Assembly: GCA_963788685.1 (NCBI GenBank)
Contig: CAWBHP010000016.1
Coordinates: forward strand, 76,272-140,271
Length of the DNA stretch: 64,000 bases
Direction of reading: 5' to 3'
DNA from: an uncultured Chloroflexia bacterium
Lineage (GTDB): Bacteria > Chloroflexota > Limnocylindria > Limnocylindrales > CSP1-4
Shown: one piece after another, positions 53,905 through 63,607 of the stretch
Numbering within the stretch: the first letter of the stretch is position 1
Layout of the letters: the number at the start of each line of letters is the position of its first letter
Notes under the pieces: generated by a model
Databases searched by the model: none
Seen by the model: the letters and a program-made list of their open reading frames with translations, nothing else
What the model was told of the DNA's origin: nothing
Position numbers and translations under genes: made by a program

Positions 53905-54762
53905 CATGACGATGACCGGAAAGACGGTATTGATCACCGGTGGCACAGGCGGAATCGGCCGCGCGGCGGCGATCGGCTTGGCCGCCATGGGTGCCCGGGT
54001 GGGCATCACGGGCCGCGACCGTGCGAGGGCCGAGGCCGCCGCGGCGGCGATCGCCGCGGAGTCGGGCAACCCGGCCATCGACGTCTTCGTCGCCGACATG
54101 TCGTCCCAGGCGGAGGTCCGGCGGTTGGCCGGCGAGGTGCTCGCCGCCTATCCGCGGCTCGACGTGCTGCTCAACAACGTCGGCGGCTTCTGGAATCACC
54201 GCCACGTGACCGCCGACGGCCTGGAGCACACGTTCGCCCTCAATCATCTCGCGCCGTTCCTGCTGACGAACCTGCTGCTCGAACGGCTCACGGCCAGCGC
54301 ACCGGCCCGGGTCGTGACGGTTTCGTCGGGGCGCAGGCCATGGGAAGGATCGACTTCGACGACCTCATGGGTGAGCAGAAGTACTCCGGATCGCGGGCCT
54401 ACGATCAGTCGAAACTGGCCAACGTGATGTTCACCTACGAACTCGCCAAGCGGATCGAGGGAACGGGTGTCACGGCAACGGCGCTGCATCCGGGCCTGAC
54501 GAGTACCGCCTTCAGCGCTGAGGATCCGGCCCTGGGCTGGCTCGTCGCCATCCTGCGACCGTTCATGAAGAGCCCGAAGCGAGGCGCGGAGACGCCCATC
54601 TACCTCGCCAGCTCCGCCGAGGCGGAGGGGGTCAGCGGCAAGTACTTCGCCAACCGCAAGGCCAAGGACTCTCACAAGTCCTCGTACGACGCCGCGACGA
54701 CCGCGCGGCTATGGCAGGTCAGCGCCGATCTCGTCGGCATCCCCGCCGACGCGCCGCACTGA
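53905..54762 (+). CDS. Short-chain dehydrogenase/reductase (SDR); one frame break at the G-run 54328-54331
   Basis: MTMTGKTVLITGGTGGIGRAAA (TGxxxGxG)...LLNNVGG...VVTVSS | GAQAMGRIDFDDL...YDQSKLANV (YxxxK)...LHPGLTST. Adding one G at 54328-54331 restores the frame. Confidence 0.85.
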   Translation, partial: HDDDRKDGIDHRWHRRNRPRGGDRLGRHGCPGGHHGPRPCEGRGRRGGDRRGVGQPGHRRLRRRHVVPGGGPAVGRRGARRLSAARRAAQQRRRLLESPPRDRRRPGAHVRPQSSRAVPADEPAARTAHGQRTGPGRDGFVGAQAMGRIDFDDLMGEQKYSGSRAYDQSKLANVMFTYELAKRIEGTGVTATALHPGLTSTAFSAEDPALGWLVAILRPFMKSPKRGAETPIYLASSAEAEGVSGKYFANRKAKDSHKSSYDAATTARLWQVSADLVGIPADAPH

Positions 54763-55014
54763 CCAACGCCCGCGGCGGTTCATGCGCTGGCTCACCGGCA
54801 CGATTCTGGTGGGTCTCGGCGCTCGCGTGGCGCTCGAACGGGCGTAAGGCCGGTTCCGTCGACAGATCGCACCGGACATTGCTCCCACGTCCTGCATACC
54901 CCTATCGTCCCGGTCGAGCCCGGTGTACGTTGCTGGGCCGGTGGCTGCCCGGCGGACTTGCAGCCACAAATCGGCTCGCCTAGGGCCGCCACGTCTACAC
55001 TTGGGGCCATTGCT

Positions 55015-55852
55015 GTGCGGACCATTGCCGTCGTCAATCGGAAAGGCGGAAGTGGCAAGACCACGACCGCGGTCAGCCTGGCCGCGGTCCTCGCCGAGCG
55101 AGGGCTGACCACCCTCCTGATCGACCTCGACCCCCAGGCGAGCGCGTCAGCCTGGCTCGGCGAGGCCCCTGGCGACCGCGGCCTCTTCGACGCGTTCGTC
55201 GGGACCCGCGATCTCGCCAGCTTGGCCACGAGGACCAAGGTTCCCGGCCTTGACGTCGTGCCTTCCTCGCCGTGGCTGCTCACGGCCGAGCAGACGCTGA
55301 AGGGCGACATGAGCGTCGGGGTCTTCCGGGCACTTCGATCGATTGCCACCCGACTGGGACTACGTGATCGTCGATTGCCCGCCGTCGCTGTCATTCCTGG
55401 CCGTCGGCGCGCTGATGGCCGTCCGCGAAGTCGTCGTCCCCGTCGAAGCCCACTCGATCGCGCTGCCAGGCGTCGCGGCGGTGGTTCGCGAAATGGGCCG
55501 GATCCAGTCGGACCTCAATCCCCACCTCCGGAGCCCGATGATCGTCGCGTGCCGGCTGAACCGGACCGTTCACGCCCGGCGCGTGGTCGAAGAGCTGGAA
55601 CGCGTCTACGGCTGGCGCCTGGCCCGGGCGACGATCCGCGAGAGCATCCGCCTGGCGGAGGCCGAGGCCGCTCGGATGCCGATCACGACCTATGCGCCCG
55701 ACAGCGGAGTCGCCGTCGACTATCGGCTCCTCGTGGACGAGCTCATCGCGCGGGAGGAGATCGCCGAGCCGAGTCCTCACGGCGGTTCCCGCCTGCATCG
55801 ACTGGTGACGCGCTCCTTGCGGTTCGCCACCTTCAAGCGCCGAGCCGTCTGA
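55015..55852 (+). CDS. ParA/MinD-family P-loop ATPase; one frame break near 55345
   Basis: GTG 55015. IAVVNRKGGSGKTTTAVSLAAVLAERGLTTLLIDLDPQASAS (deviant Walker A KGGxGKT)... | WDYVIVDCPPSLSFLAVGALMAVREVVVPVEAHSIAL...TTYAP. Confidence 0.8.
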
Positions 55853-55856
55853 CGTC

Positions 55857-56672
55857 ATGCGCCAGGACGAGTTTCTCCTGGCGATTCTCGGGGCCACCAT
55901 CCTCGTCAACGTTCTACTCGTCGTCGCCAGTTGGCTCCACGCGCGCGGCGCCGGACGGGGCCGGACTCGGGTTGCTCGCGTACCGCCGGGCGAAGCGACC
56001 CCGCGACCAGTGGCGCCACTCAGCGACGCCGACCGGCAGGACGACCGGCGAGTCGCGGCGGCCGTCGAGGCCTTCGTCGCCGACGTTGCGCCCGACTCGG
56101 CCGGCTCGACGCACGTGCCAACCCCGGCGGACGTGCTCGCCCGTAGCCAGGAAGCCCGCGGCGGCGGACCTGCCGCAGTGACAGAGACGGAGACGGACGA
56201 CCGATTGCCGGCCGGGCCTGTCGGGCTCGTCAGGCTTGCCGGGCCGACAGATGCGGAGACGTGGGAGCGAATCGTCCGCGAGGAGTCCGCGCGAGCGGCG
56301 CGCTTCGGGCGGCCTTCCACGGTGGTGACGGCCAGCCTGCCTCAACTCGAGGACGTCGCCGATCGCTCGGGCCGCGAGGCCGCTGATCGGGTCGTGGCGG
56401 AGATCCTGCGTCTGCTGGAATCGGAGGTCCGCGCCGTCGACCGAATCGTCCGGCTGAGCGACTCGACGTTCGGCATCCTCCTGCTGGAGACGGGCGAGCT
56501 GGGGGCGTCGCGCTATGCGGCCCGCGTTCGAGCAGCCGCCGACGCCTGGCTCAGCGCCGCGGGCCTGGCGGTTCGGCTCGAGTTCGACTGGACGAGCCTG
56601 CCCAACGATGGTGAGCTCGATGCCCTGATGGCGGCGGCCCGGCCACGAACGGGAAACGCCGCGGGCGCCTGA
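55857..56672 (+). CDS. Membrane-anchored protein with a degenerate GGDEF-like domain (GGDEF replaced by SDSTF)
   Basis: Intact. N-terminal TM LLAILGATILVNVLLVVASWL. C-terminal WERIVREESARAARFGRPSTVVTASLPQLEDVADRSGREAADRVVAEILRLLESEVRAVDRIVRLSDSTFGILLLET follows the GGDEF-domain pattern but lacks the catalytic GG[DE]EF. It starts 4 nt after the ParA-like stop. Confidence 0.5.
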   Translation: MRQDEFLLAILGATILVNVLLVVASWLHARGAGRGRTRVARVPPGEATPRPVAPLSDADRQDDRRVAAAVEAFVADVAPDSAGSTHVPTPADVLARSQEARGGGPAAVTETETDDRLPAGPVGLVRLAGPTDAETWERIVREESARAARFGRPSTVVTASLPQLEDVADRSGREAADRVVAEILRLLESEVRAVDRIVRLSDSTFGILLLETGELGASRYAARVRAAADAWLSAAGLAVRLEFDWTSLPNDGELDALMAAARPRTGNAAGA

Positions 56673-56676
56673 CGAA

Positions 56677-57072
56677 TCAGGCGCCGCGCTCGCGCGCCGA
56701 CCAGTATTCCCGCCAACCGCCGAACTCCGTGATGTCGCGATGGATCCCCTCCGCCAGCTCGCGCGGGAAGAGGATCCCCGGCACGGTGCGGCCGTCGGCC
56801 AGCTCCACCGGCCCGCGATAGAGGCCCGGCGGCTCACCCGCCTCGACCCGCGCCCAGACATCGTCTGGCACGTCATAGAGCTCGCCCGGAACGGAGATCC
56901 CGCCCTCCGCGACCTCGAACATGCCCGGATGGACGTCCCCGATCGAAAAGATCCGATAGCGCGGTGCGGTCATGAATTCACCGAGGAACGTCGCCCCGTC
57001 GAGGTTCGCGTTGAGCTTCAGACCGCGCATCAGCGTGCCGTTCACGAAGAGTTGGCGTCGACACCTGGTCAC
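56677..57072 (-). CDS. Gamma-glutamylcyclotransferase-fold protein (AIG2 / allophanate hydrolase C-terminal-domain-like)
   Basis: GTG 57072 with AGAAGGAG upstream. LFVNGTLMRGLKLNANLDGATFLGEFMTAPRYRIFSIGDVHPGMFEVAEGGISVPGELYDVPDDVWARVEAGEPPGLYRGPVELADGRTVPGILF. Confidence 0.6.
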   Translation of the reverse strand: MTRCRRQLFVNGTLMRGLKLNANLDGATFLGEFMTAPRYRIFSIGDVHPGMFEVAEGGISVPGELYDVPDDVWARVEAGEPPGLYRGPVELADGRTVPGILFPRELAEGIHRDITEFGGWREYWSARERGA

Positions 57073-57096
57073 CTCCTTCTTGCGTCCGAACGATAG

Positions 57097-57129
57097 GGAA
57101 GGCGCCGGCGACTTCCGCCGGCGCCTTCC
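57097..57129 (-). terminator. Very strong GC hairpin (14-bp stem, 5-nt loop) between the permease and the GGCT-like gene; no U-tract
   Basis: GGAAGGCGCCGGCG-acttc-CGCCGGCGCCTTCC read directly. It lies 44 nt downstream of the permease stop (57173) and 25 nt upstream of the next GTG. Confidence 0.45.
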
Positions 57130-57172
57130 GCTGGATCGGCCGGGTTGGGGGGACCACCGGCCGAGGCAATAA

Positions 57173-58834
57173 TCAGGGCATCGCCGCTTCCGGTTCCTCC
57201 TCGGGTGGTGCCGTCAGGGCGGTGCGGAGCTCGTCCATCGAGCCATGGCCCTCGCGCCACGCGGAAAGCCAGATGACGATGGCCGCGAAGACGTAGCCGA
57301 TCCAGATCGGCTCCGGCGTGCGGACACTGAACGACCCATCGACGACCTGGAAGATCAGGCCAACGGGGTCATGGATCAGCCCGACGAACGCAAGGACCGC
57401 GGCGATGAGCGTGTAGACGATCGCCCGGCTGTACTCCTTGGCGATGACGAAGTAGGCAATCGCGCCGAGCATCAACCCGGCCACGACCGCCCCAGCGCCG
57501 AGCCGCTCGAGGCCGGCGTACAGCACGCCCTGCGCACCAAGCGCGTCGTAGCCGACCGTGCCGGCGTTCGTCCCGGCCGCTCCGAGGGCGCCGTCGACGA
57601 GCGTCTTCGCCCACTGGGCGATGTTCGGGACGATGGCCAGCACGATCGCCGGGGCGTACTTCGCCCTCGACGTCTGGAACGCCTGCGCGCCGATGACGAG
57701 GCCGATGAACAGCAGGATCGGGAACAGCGCGGCTCGCGGGATGACCGCCAGGAACAGGCCGACGAGCCCGAGCAGGCAGATCACCGCGATGACGATCCCG
57801 GTCGCGAGCGAATAGCCGATCCGGCCGCCGACGGCCTTCCAGCCCGGATGGCCGATGTAGACCGCGGGCGGAAACGGGCTGCCGAGGAACGACCCGACGA
57901 TCGCCCCGATCCCGTCCGCGAGCAGGATGTGGCGGAGGTTGTAGTTGTCGCCGGCGACGGACGCCGACTCGACGTTGTTCATGCCCTCGGTGAAGTTGTA
58001 GACGCCGAGCGGGATCGCCGTGACGAGGAGGGGCAGGATGTCGGTCAGGCCGCTGAGCACCTCGCTGCCGGGGGTCGGCAGGTGGATCCCGACCTGGGCG
58101 AAGGAGTCCGTCACCGCCTGCGGCGACAGGCCGGTCCAGCCGAACACGAAGTACGACAGCCAGCCGATGACCGAGCCGACGATGATCGCGGCAAGACCGC
58201 CCGGGATTCCGAACGGCAGCCGAACGCCGGCCGTCCACGACAGCAGGATGATCGCGAACGTCGCGAGCGCGATCCACGCGGCGTTGAACATCTCGAACGA
58301 CGCGTTCATCGAGATGAACGCGACGGAGATGCCGGCCAGCGTCCCGAGCATCGCCGCACGCGGCGTGTATTTCCGGATCGTCGGGCCGATGAACGCGCCG
58401 ATCAGGACGATGACGCCGATGAGGAACGCCCAGGCGAGCCCGGCCTGCCAGGCCTGCATGACGTCGCCGGTCCTGCCGAGGACCGGCAGCATGATCACGA
58501 AGGTCACGAAGAAGTAGTGCGGCACGGACGGTCCGTACGGCATCGCCGCGACGTCGTCGCGGCCCTCTTTCCTCGCGAGTTGATATGCGAGGTAGGCATA
58601 GAACAGGTTGCCGAGCGGCAGCGCGATCGCCAGGGCTGGCAGGATCCGGCCGAAGACGGTGTCGGCCGGCAGCTGCACGACGAACAACATGAGCGACGAC
58701 AGCACGAGCACGTTGAGCAGGACGTTCGTGCCGAGGCCGAAGAATGCGTTCCAGTCGCCCGGAACCCAGAGCCTCGGCCTGAATGTGCCGGAATTCGTGG
58801 TCACGTGGTGGACTCCCTCCTCGTGCAGGGCCAT
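57173..58834 (-). CDS. Multi-pass permease, NCS2 (xanthine/uracil/vitamin C permease)-superfamily-like
   Basis: Intact 553 aa with about 13 TM helices. LWVPGDWNAFFGLGTNVLLNVLVL...NFTEGMNNVESASVAGDNY...LGSPFPPAVYIGHPGWKAVGGR. The family assignment is from overall pattern only. Confidence 0.55.
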   Translation of the reverse strand: MALHEEGVHHVTTNSGTFRPRLWVPGDWNAFFGLGTNVLLNVLVLSSLMLFVVQLPADTVFGRILPALAIALPLGNLFYAYLAYQLARKEGRDDVAAMPYGPSVPHYFFVTFVIMLPVLGRTGDVMQAWQAGLAWAFLIGVIVLIGAFIGPTIRKYTPRAAMLGTLAGISVAFISMNASFEMFNAAWIALATFAIILLSWTAGVRLPFGIPGGLAAIIVGSVIGWLSYFVFGWTGLSPQAVTDSFAQVGIHLPTPGSEVLSGLTDILPLLVTAIPLGVYNFTEGMNNVESASVAGDNYNLRHILLADGIGAIVGSFLGSPFPPAVYIGHPGWKAVGGRIGYSLATGIVIAVICLLGLVGLFLAVIPRAALFPILLFIGLVIGAQAFQTSRAKYAPAIVLAIVPNIAQWAKTLVDGALGAAGTNAGTVGYDALGAQGVLYAGLERLGAGAVVAGLMLGAIAYFVIAKEYSRAIVYTLIAAVLAFVGLIHDPVGLIFQVVDGSFSVRTPEPIWIGYVFAAIVIWLSAWREGHGSMDELRTALTAPPEEEPEAAMP

Positions 58835-58879
58835 CCCGGGCTCCGCGTGCGATTCCCCTCCGTCAACCCATCGGGGCGG

Positions 58880-59611
58880 CTAGTCGATAGGCATCACGCC
58901 GTCGCGGGGGCCGCCGAGGCCTGGGCCACGGCGTCCGGATACTGCTCGGCCAGGCCCGTCGAGGAAGTCCGTCGACGTCCCGACGAAGCCGAAGATGCCG
59001 CCCTGCGCCTTGATCATCTGCCAGGGCCGACTCTCTGGAACTCGGGGAAGTAGGACGCCACGGCGTCCTCGAGGACGAGGGCGTCGTAGCCGCGGTCGTT
59101 CGCCTCGCGGACGCTCGTCTGGACGCACACCTCGGTGGTCACGCCGCAAACGACGAGCTGCCTGATGCCACGGGTCTTGAGGATCGCGTCCATGTCGGTC
59201 GCGTAGAAGGCGCCCTTGCCCGGCTTGTCGATGATCGGTTCGCCCGCGATCGGGTAGACCTCGTCGACGATGTCGTGGCCGTGCTCGCCGCGAACAAGGA
59301 GCCGACCCATCGGGCCCTCGTCGCCGATGTGGATCTTGGGCCTGCCGCGCTCGTACTTCGCGGCCGGGAGGTCGGACAGGTCCGCCCGGTGGCCTTCGCG
59401 GGTGTGGATGATGAACAGGCCCGCGGCCCGGCAAGCCTTGAGCACCCGCTCGGCCGGCGGGAAGGGCCTTGAGCAGGAGCGACGTGTCGTTTCCGAGCGA
59501 TTCGCCGAAGCCACCCGGGTACACGAAGTCCCGCTGGAAATCGATCATGACCAGCGCCGTGGTCTTCGGATCGAACTCGAACTCATACGGTTCTGCCTTG
59601 GCAGACAGCAT
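58880..59611 (-). CDS. Isochorismatase-family cysteine amidohydrolase (BiuH/RutB/N-carbamoylsarcosine amidase-like); about 2 frame breaks
   Basis: ATG 59611 with GAAGGAGG 7 nt upstream. KTTALVMIDFQRDFVYPGGFGESLGND | ...AAGLFIIHTREGHRADLSDLP...IDKPGKGAFYATDMDAILKTRGIRQLVVCGVTTEVCVQTSVREANDRGYDALVLEDA (Asp-Lys-Cys triad context) | QMIKAQGGIFGFVGTSTDFL. Stop at 58880 or 58894. Confidence 0.75.
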   Translation of the reverse strand: MLSAKAEPYEFEFDPKTTALVMIDFQRDFVYPGGFGESLGNDTSLLLKALPAGRAGAQGLPGRGPVHHPHPRRPPGGPVRPPGREVRARQAQDPHRRRGPDGSAPCSRRARPRHRRRGLPDRGRTDHRQAGQGRLLRDRHGRDPQDPWHQAARRLRRDHRGVRPDERPRGERPRLRRPRPRGRRGVLLPRVPESRPWQMIKAQGGIFGFVGTSTDFLDGPGRAVSGRRGPGLGGPRDGVMPID

Positions 59612-59634
59612 CTCGTCGCCTCCTTCGTCCCTGC

Positions 59635-60611
59635 TCACGTTCGTGATTGCACCGGATCGGGCACGATGCGCGTGCCGGTTTCCCCGCCGATCGCCCGTTC
59701 GAGCGCGGCCGGGGTGGTGATGAGGACTTCCTGGCCGCCACGCTCGAGGAAGCGGATCGCCGCCTCGACCTTGGGGCCCATGGATCCCTTGGGAAACTCG
59801 CCCGCCTCCAGGTACGCCGCGCGCCTCGTCGACCGCCATCCGATCGACCCAGCGCTCGTCCGGCTGGCGGAAGTGGACCGCGACGCGCTCCACGCCGGTC
59901 GACAACACCAGGAGCGGGATGTCCAGACTGGCCGCGAGCAGGGCCGACGCCCGATCCTTGTCGATGACCGCCTCGACGCCGCGGTACTGGCCGGGCGCGG
60001 TCTCGACGACGGCGATGCCACCGCCGCCGACGGCGATGACGACGTAGCCGGCGTCGACGAGGGCACGGATCGGTTCGCCTTCCACGATCCGCAGCGGCTC
60101 CGGTGAGGCGACGACCCGGCGGTAGCCGCGCCCGGAGTCCTCGATCATCGTCCAGCCGTTCCGCTCGGCCTTCTGGTCCGACTCCGCCTTGGAGTAGAAC
60201 GGTCCGATCGGCTTGGTGGGCTGACTGAAGGCCGGATCGGCCGGGTCGACCACGACGTGCGTCAGGACGCAGGCGACGCGGTCGGGAAGCCCGCGGGCGG
60301 CCAGCTCGTTGAGGAGCGCCTGGCCAAGGATGTGGCCGATCCCGCCCTGCGAGTCGGCGACGGACATCTCGAGGTTCAACTGCGGGACCGGCACATCCTC
60401 GGGGACCGAGCTCGGAGCGGAGGAGGATGAAGCCGACCTGCGGGCCGTTGCCGTGCGTGACGACGACGCCCCAGCCCGTGGCGACCAGCGCGGCGATGTG
60501 GCGGGCCGTCTCCCGGGCGTTCTCGTACTGCTCATCGATCGAGCCGCGCTGGCCGTCGAGGATGAGCGCGTTGCCGCCGATCGCGACGACGGCTCGACGT
60601 TCCATCGTCAT
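59635..60611 (-). CDS. arcC: Carbamate kinase; about 2 frame breaks
   Basis: MTMERRAVVAIGGNALILDGQRGSIDEQYENARETARHIAALVATGWGVVVTHGNGPQVGFILLRSE | ...MSVADSQGGIGHILGQAL...PTKPIGPFY...GYRRVVASPEP...VIAVGGGGIAVV...GVEAVIDKDRASALLA | EAGEFPKGSMGPKVEAAIRFLERGGQEVLIT. Confidence 0.85.
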
Positions 60612-62070
60612 GCCGCAGCCTCGCTGGGCCCGGCCACGCCGAGCGAGCGCGCCGAGAGCCGCGATCGCGCTCGAGAAGCAGGCCAGCGGCGCGCGGGCGA
60701 TCCCCGCCCCGATCTGCCCGACGCCAGCCCGGCGGTGGGCGATGCCGGTGTTGATGACGGGCGCGATCCCGGAGTCGACGACCCGGCGGGCATCGATTCC
60801 GGTCGGCGTGCCGACGAACCCCAGCGGTGGCAGCGCGTACGACGGGTTGCGGGCGAGCGTGATCCGGCCCATCAGGCGGGTGAACTCCAGGGCGTCGGCC
60901 GGGCTGCCGCCCACGAAGCGGACGATCGCCGGTGCCGCGGCCATCGCGAACCCGCCGATCCCGAACGTCTCGGTGATCGCGCTGTCGCCGAGGTCGGGGT
61001 TGGCGTCGTCGGGGCCGTAGCCCGGGAAAGTAGAGCCCGTCGGGGACGCCGACCGGCGTCGTGAACCAGGCATCGCCGGTGCCGGACAGGCGGATCCCGA
61101 AATCCACGCCGTTGCGGGCCATCGCGGTCACGACCGTCGATCCGTCGATCCCGTGCGCGCTGTCCATGCGCCGACTTGCACGCCGCCATCGACAGGTTGA
61201 GGAAGAAGTGGTCGTTGCCGCGCAGGAAGTCGAAGACAGCCGCGGCCGTCGTCGTATCGGCGGTTCGAACCAGGGCCGGAGCGATGGCCCGGGTGAACAG
61301 CGAGGTCGCCGCGATGTTCCGGTTGTGCCCTTCGTCGCCCATCTGGAGCGCCTGGGCGGTGAGGCTTCGCAGGTCGAGCGGCCCACCGCTCTGGAGAGCG
61401 CCCGACAGCGCCGGGCCCAACACGTCGACGAACCAGCGCAGGCGATCGAGCACCGACTCGTCGTACGCCCCGAATCGCAGGACCTTGCCGAGGCCCTCGT
61501 TGAGCGTCGCGTGCGCCCGCATCCCCGAGGCGACGTTCTCGACGACCACGACCGGCATCGACGGGCTGATCACGCCCGCCATCGGGCCCGACGGCCTCGT
61601 GATCGTGGCAGGGCGAGAGCTCGACGCCGCCCGACTCGACGAGCGCCGTCGCCTCCTCGGGCGACGCGGCCCAGCCCTCGAACAGGATCGCCCCGATGAT
61701 GGCGCCCTCGACCGGCCCGCACATCGCGCTCCCACGCGATCGGCGGGCCGGCGTGGAGGATGTGCCGATCGCCGAGCCCGAGCGCCACCCGGGCCGGCCG
61801 GACGTCGACGAGCATCGGCTGCGCGGCGAGGAGGCGATCAACGGCCGTGGCGTTGGCCGTGGCGATCCTTTGGCCGATCGGATCGTCCGGGTCGTCCTCG
61901 AGGCGGGCGAGGAGGAGGCCCACGTCGCGATCGCCCTCTGCCGGCGGGCGCCAGTCGAGGCGGGCGACCGACGCCCCGTTGGCGGCGAGCGGTTGGGCGA
62001 ACATCTCGAGGCCGACATTCACGGCACGCACGCCCTCCGGGAAGAGCACCGACGTTCCCGCCTCGCTCAT
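60608..62070 (-). CDS. DUF1116 (YlbE/AllG-like) protein; about 3 frame breaks
   Basis: MSEAGTSVLFPEGVRAVNVGLEMFAQPL...HILHAGPPIAWE | MCGPVEGAIIGAILFEGWAASPEEA...SPCHDHEAVGP | MAGVISPSMPVVVVENVASG...ATLNEGLGKVLRFGAYD...MGDEGHNRNIAATSL... | GIGGFAMAAAPAIVRFVGG...PTGIDARRVVDSGIAPVINTGIAH. The ATG overlaps the FdrA stop and the stop overlaps the arcC ATG (both ATGA). Confidence 0.7.
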
Positions 62071-63607
62071 TCGTGATGTCCGGCTGCGACCGCGGCCGGC
62101 GCAACGATCCGGGCCGCGAGGGCCGCGGCCTGGGCATTGCTCGGGGCGAGGAGGACGCCGGCCTCGGCGAGCCGAGCCTCCTGGGCGACGAGGTTCTGCG
62201 GGTCGCCGCTGGTGCCACACACCGACGCGACGACGGCGAACCGGCGGCCGTCACGGGCGGCCTCCTCCCTTGCGGCCTCGATCGCGCTCGCCAGCGCGCC
62301 GGCGGGATCGGCATGGGCGCCGTAGCCGAGCACGACGTCGAGCAGGATGACCGCCGTGGAGGGATCGCGGGCCGCGGCTGCCAGGTGCTCGTTCCGGAGG
62401 CGTGGATCGATCATCGGGTGCGGTCGACCGACGGTGTACTCGTCGTCGCCCAGGTCGACGATGTCGTGGAGCTTCGCACCCTTATCCCCGAGCGACGCGC
62501 CGCAGGACGAGCTTGGCCTCGCCCGCCAGCGAGCCGCCGCTGTAGAGCCCGCGGATCCGCCACTGCGTCGAATCCAGGGCCGCCTGCGCTTCGCGAACCA
62601 CTGTCTCGTCGGTGGCCGCCCCGTTCAGGGCATCGTCGTCCGGGATCGGCTCGTCCCAGCGCCGATCGCGCTGGCGATCGTCGCGGCCGCCTCGAACGTC
62701 GCCGCCGGGATCACTCCGGCGGCGGTGATCGCGGCCGGATCGCCGCCCAGGAAGTTGACGATGACCGGCTTCCCGACGGCGCTTGCTGCCGCCAGGACCA
62801 GCGTCGGTCACCGATTCCGACGGCGGCTTCGAGATCAGGACGATGAGCTCCGTCCCGGGATCGGCGCCAAGCCGCTCGAGCGCCGCCAGCATCATCGTGC
62901 CGCCGACTCGTTCGTCCAGATCGCGCCCGCCGACGCCGATCGCCTGCGAGACCCCGGCGCCGTAGCGATCGATGAGGCAGCTCACCTGCTGGAGGCCCGT
63001 CCCGGACGCGCCGATCAGGCCGATCGTCCCGCGCCGGACGACATTGGCGAACCCGAGCGGAACGCCATCCAGGATCGCGGTACCGCAGTCCGGGCCCATC
63101 AACAGCAGGCCCCGTCTCCGGGCCATCGACTTCAGCTCGATCTCGTCCTCGACCGGGACGTTGTCGCTGAAGAGGAAGACGTTGAGGCCGCGCTTGAGCG
63201 CCTTGAGCGCCTCCGCCGTGGCGTACGTGCCGGGCGTGGAGATCAAGGCGAGGTTGGCGCCGGTCTCCGCCACGCCTTCGGCGAGCGTCCGCGCCTCCGT
63301 GCGGGTCGGTCTCGCTCGAGCCCTCCGTGCCCGGCCCGGCCAATCGTTCCGCGGCTCGCTCCAGCGCAAGCGTCGCGGCGCTCTCGTCGTCTGACGCGAC
63401 CGCCACCACCAGGTCATTCGGCCCGGCCGACGCGGTAGCGTCCGACAGGAGGCCGGCGGCCGCGAGAACCTCCCGATTGGCGGGCGTGGCCATGACCAGG
63501 CCGGCCCGATCGATGCCGGCCAGCGACTCGATCTCGGCAGCGATCTGCATCAGCTCGACCGAATCGCGGTAGCTGTTCGGGAAGATGCGGGCCTGGACCG
63601 GCGACAT
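62067..63607 (-). CDS. fdrA: FdrA (AllF-like) protein, succinyl-CoA-synthetase-alpha/CoA-ligase fold; about 3 frame breaks
   Basis: MSPVQARIFPNSYRDSVELMQIAAEIESLAGIDRAGLVMATPANREVLAAAGLL | LALISTPGTYATAEALKALKRGLNVFLFSDNVPVEDEIELKSMARRRGLLLMGPDCGTAILDGVPLGFANVVRRGTIGLIGASGTGLQQV...AIGVGGRDL | MIDPRLRNEHLAAAARDPSTAVILLDVVLGYGAHADPAG. It is collinear with E. coli FdrA as I remember it. Confidence 0.8.

Noticed and set aside
54773-54847. Possible remnant of a LysE/RhtB-type exporter C-terminus (RRFMRWLTGTILVGLGARVALERA*, ending in a rare TAA) right after the SDR stop
   Set aside because: Only 24 codons, with no upstream continuation that I could reconstruct. That is too short to support a pseudogene call from sequence alone. 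It would need a translated search of 54763-55014.
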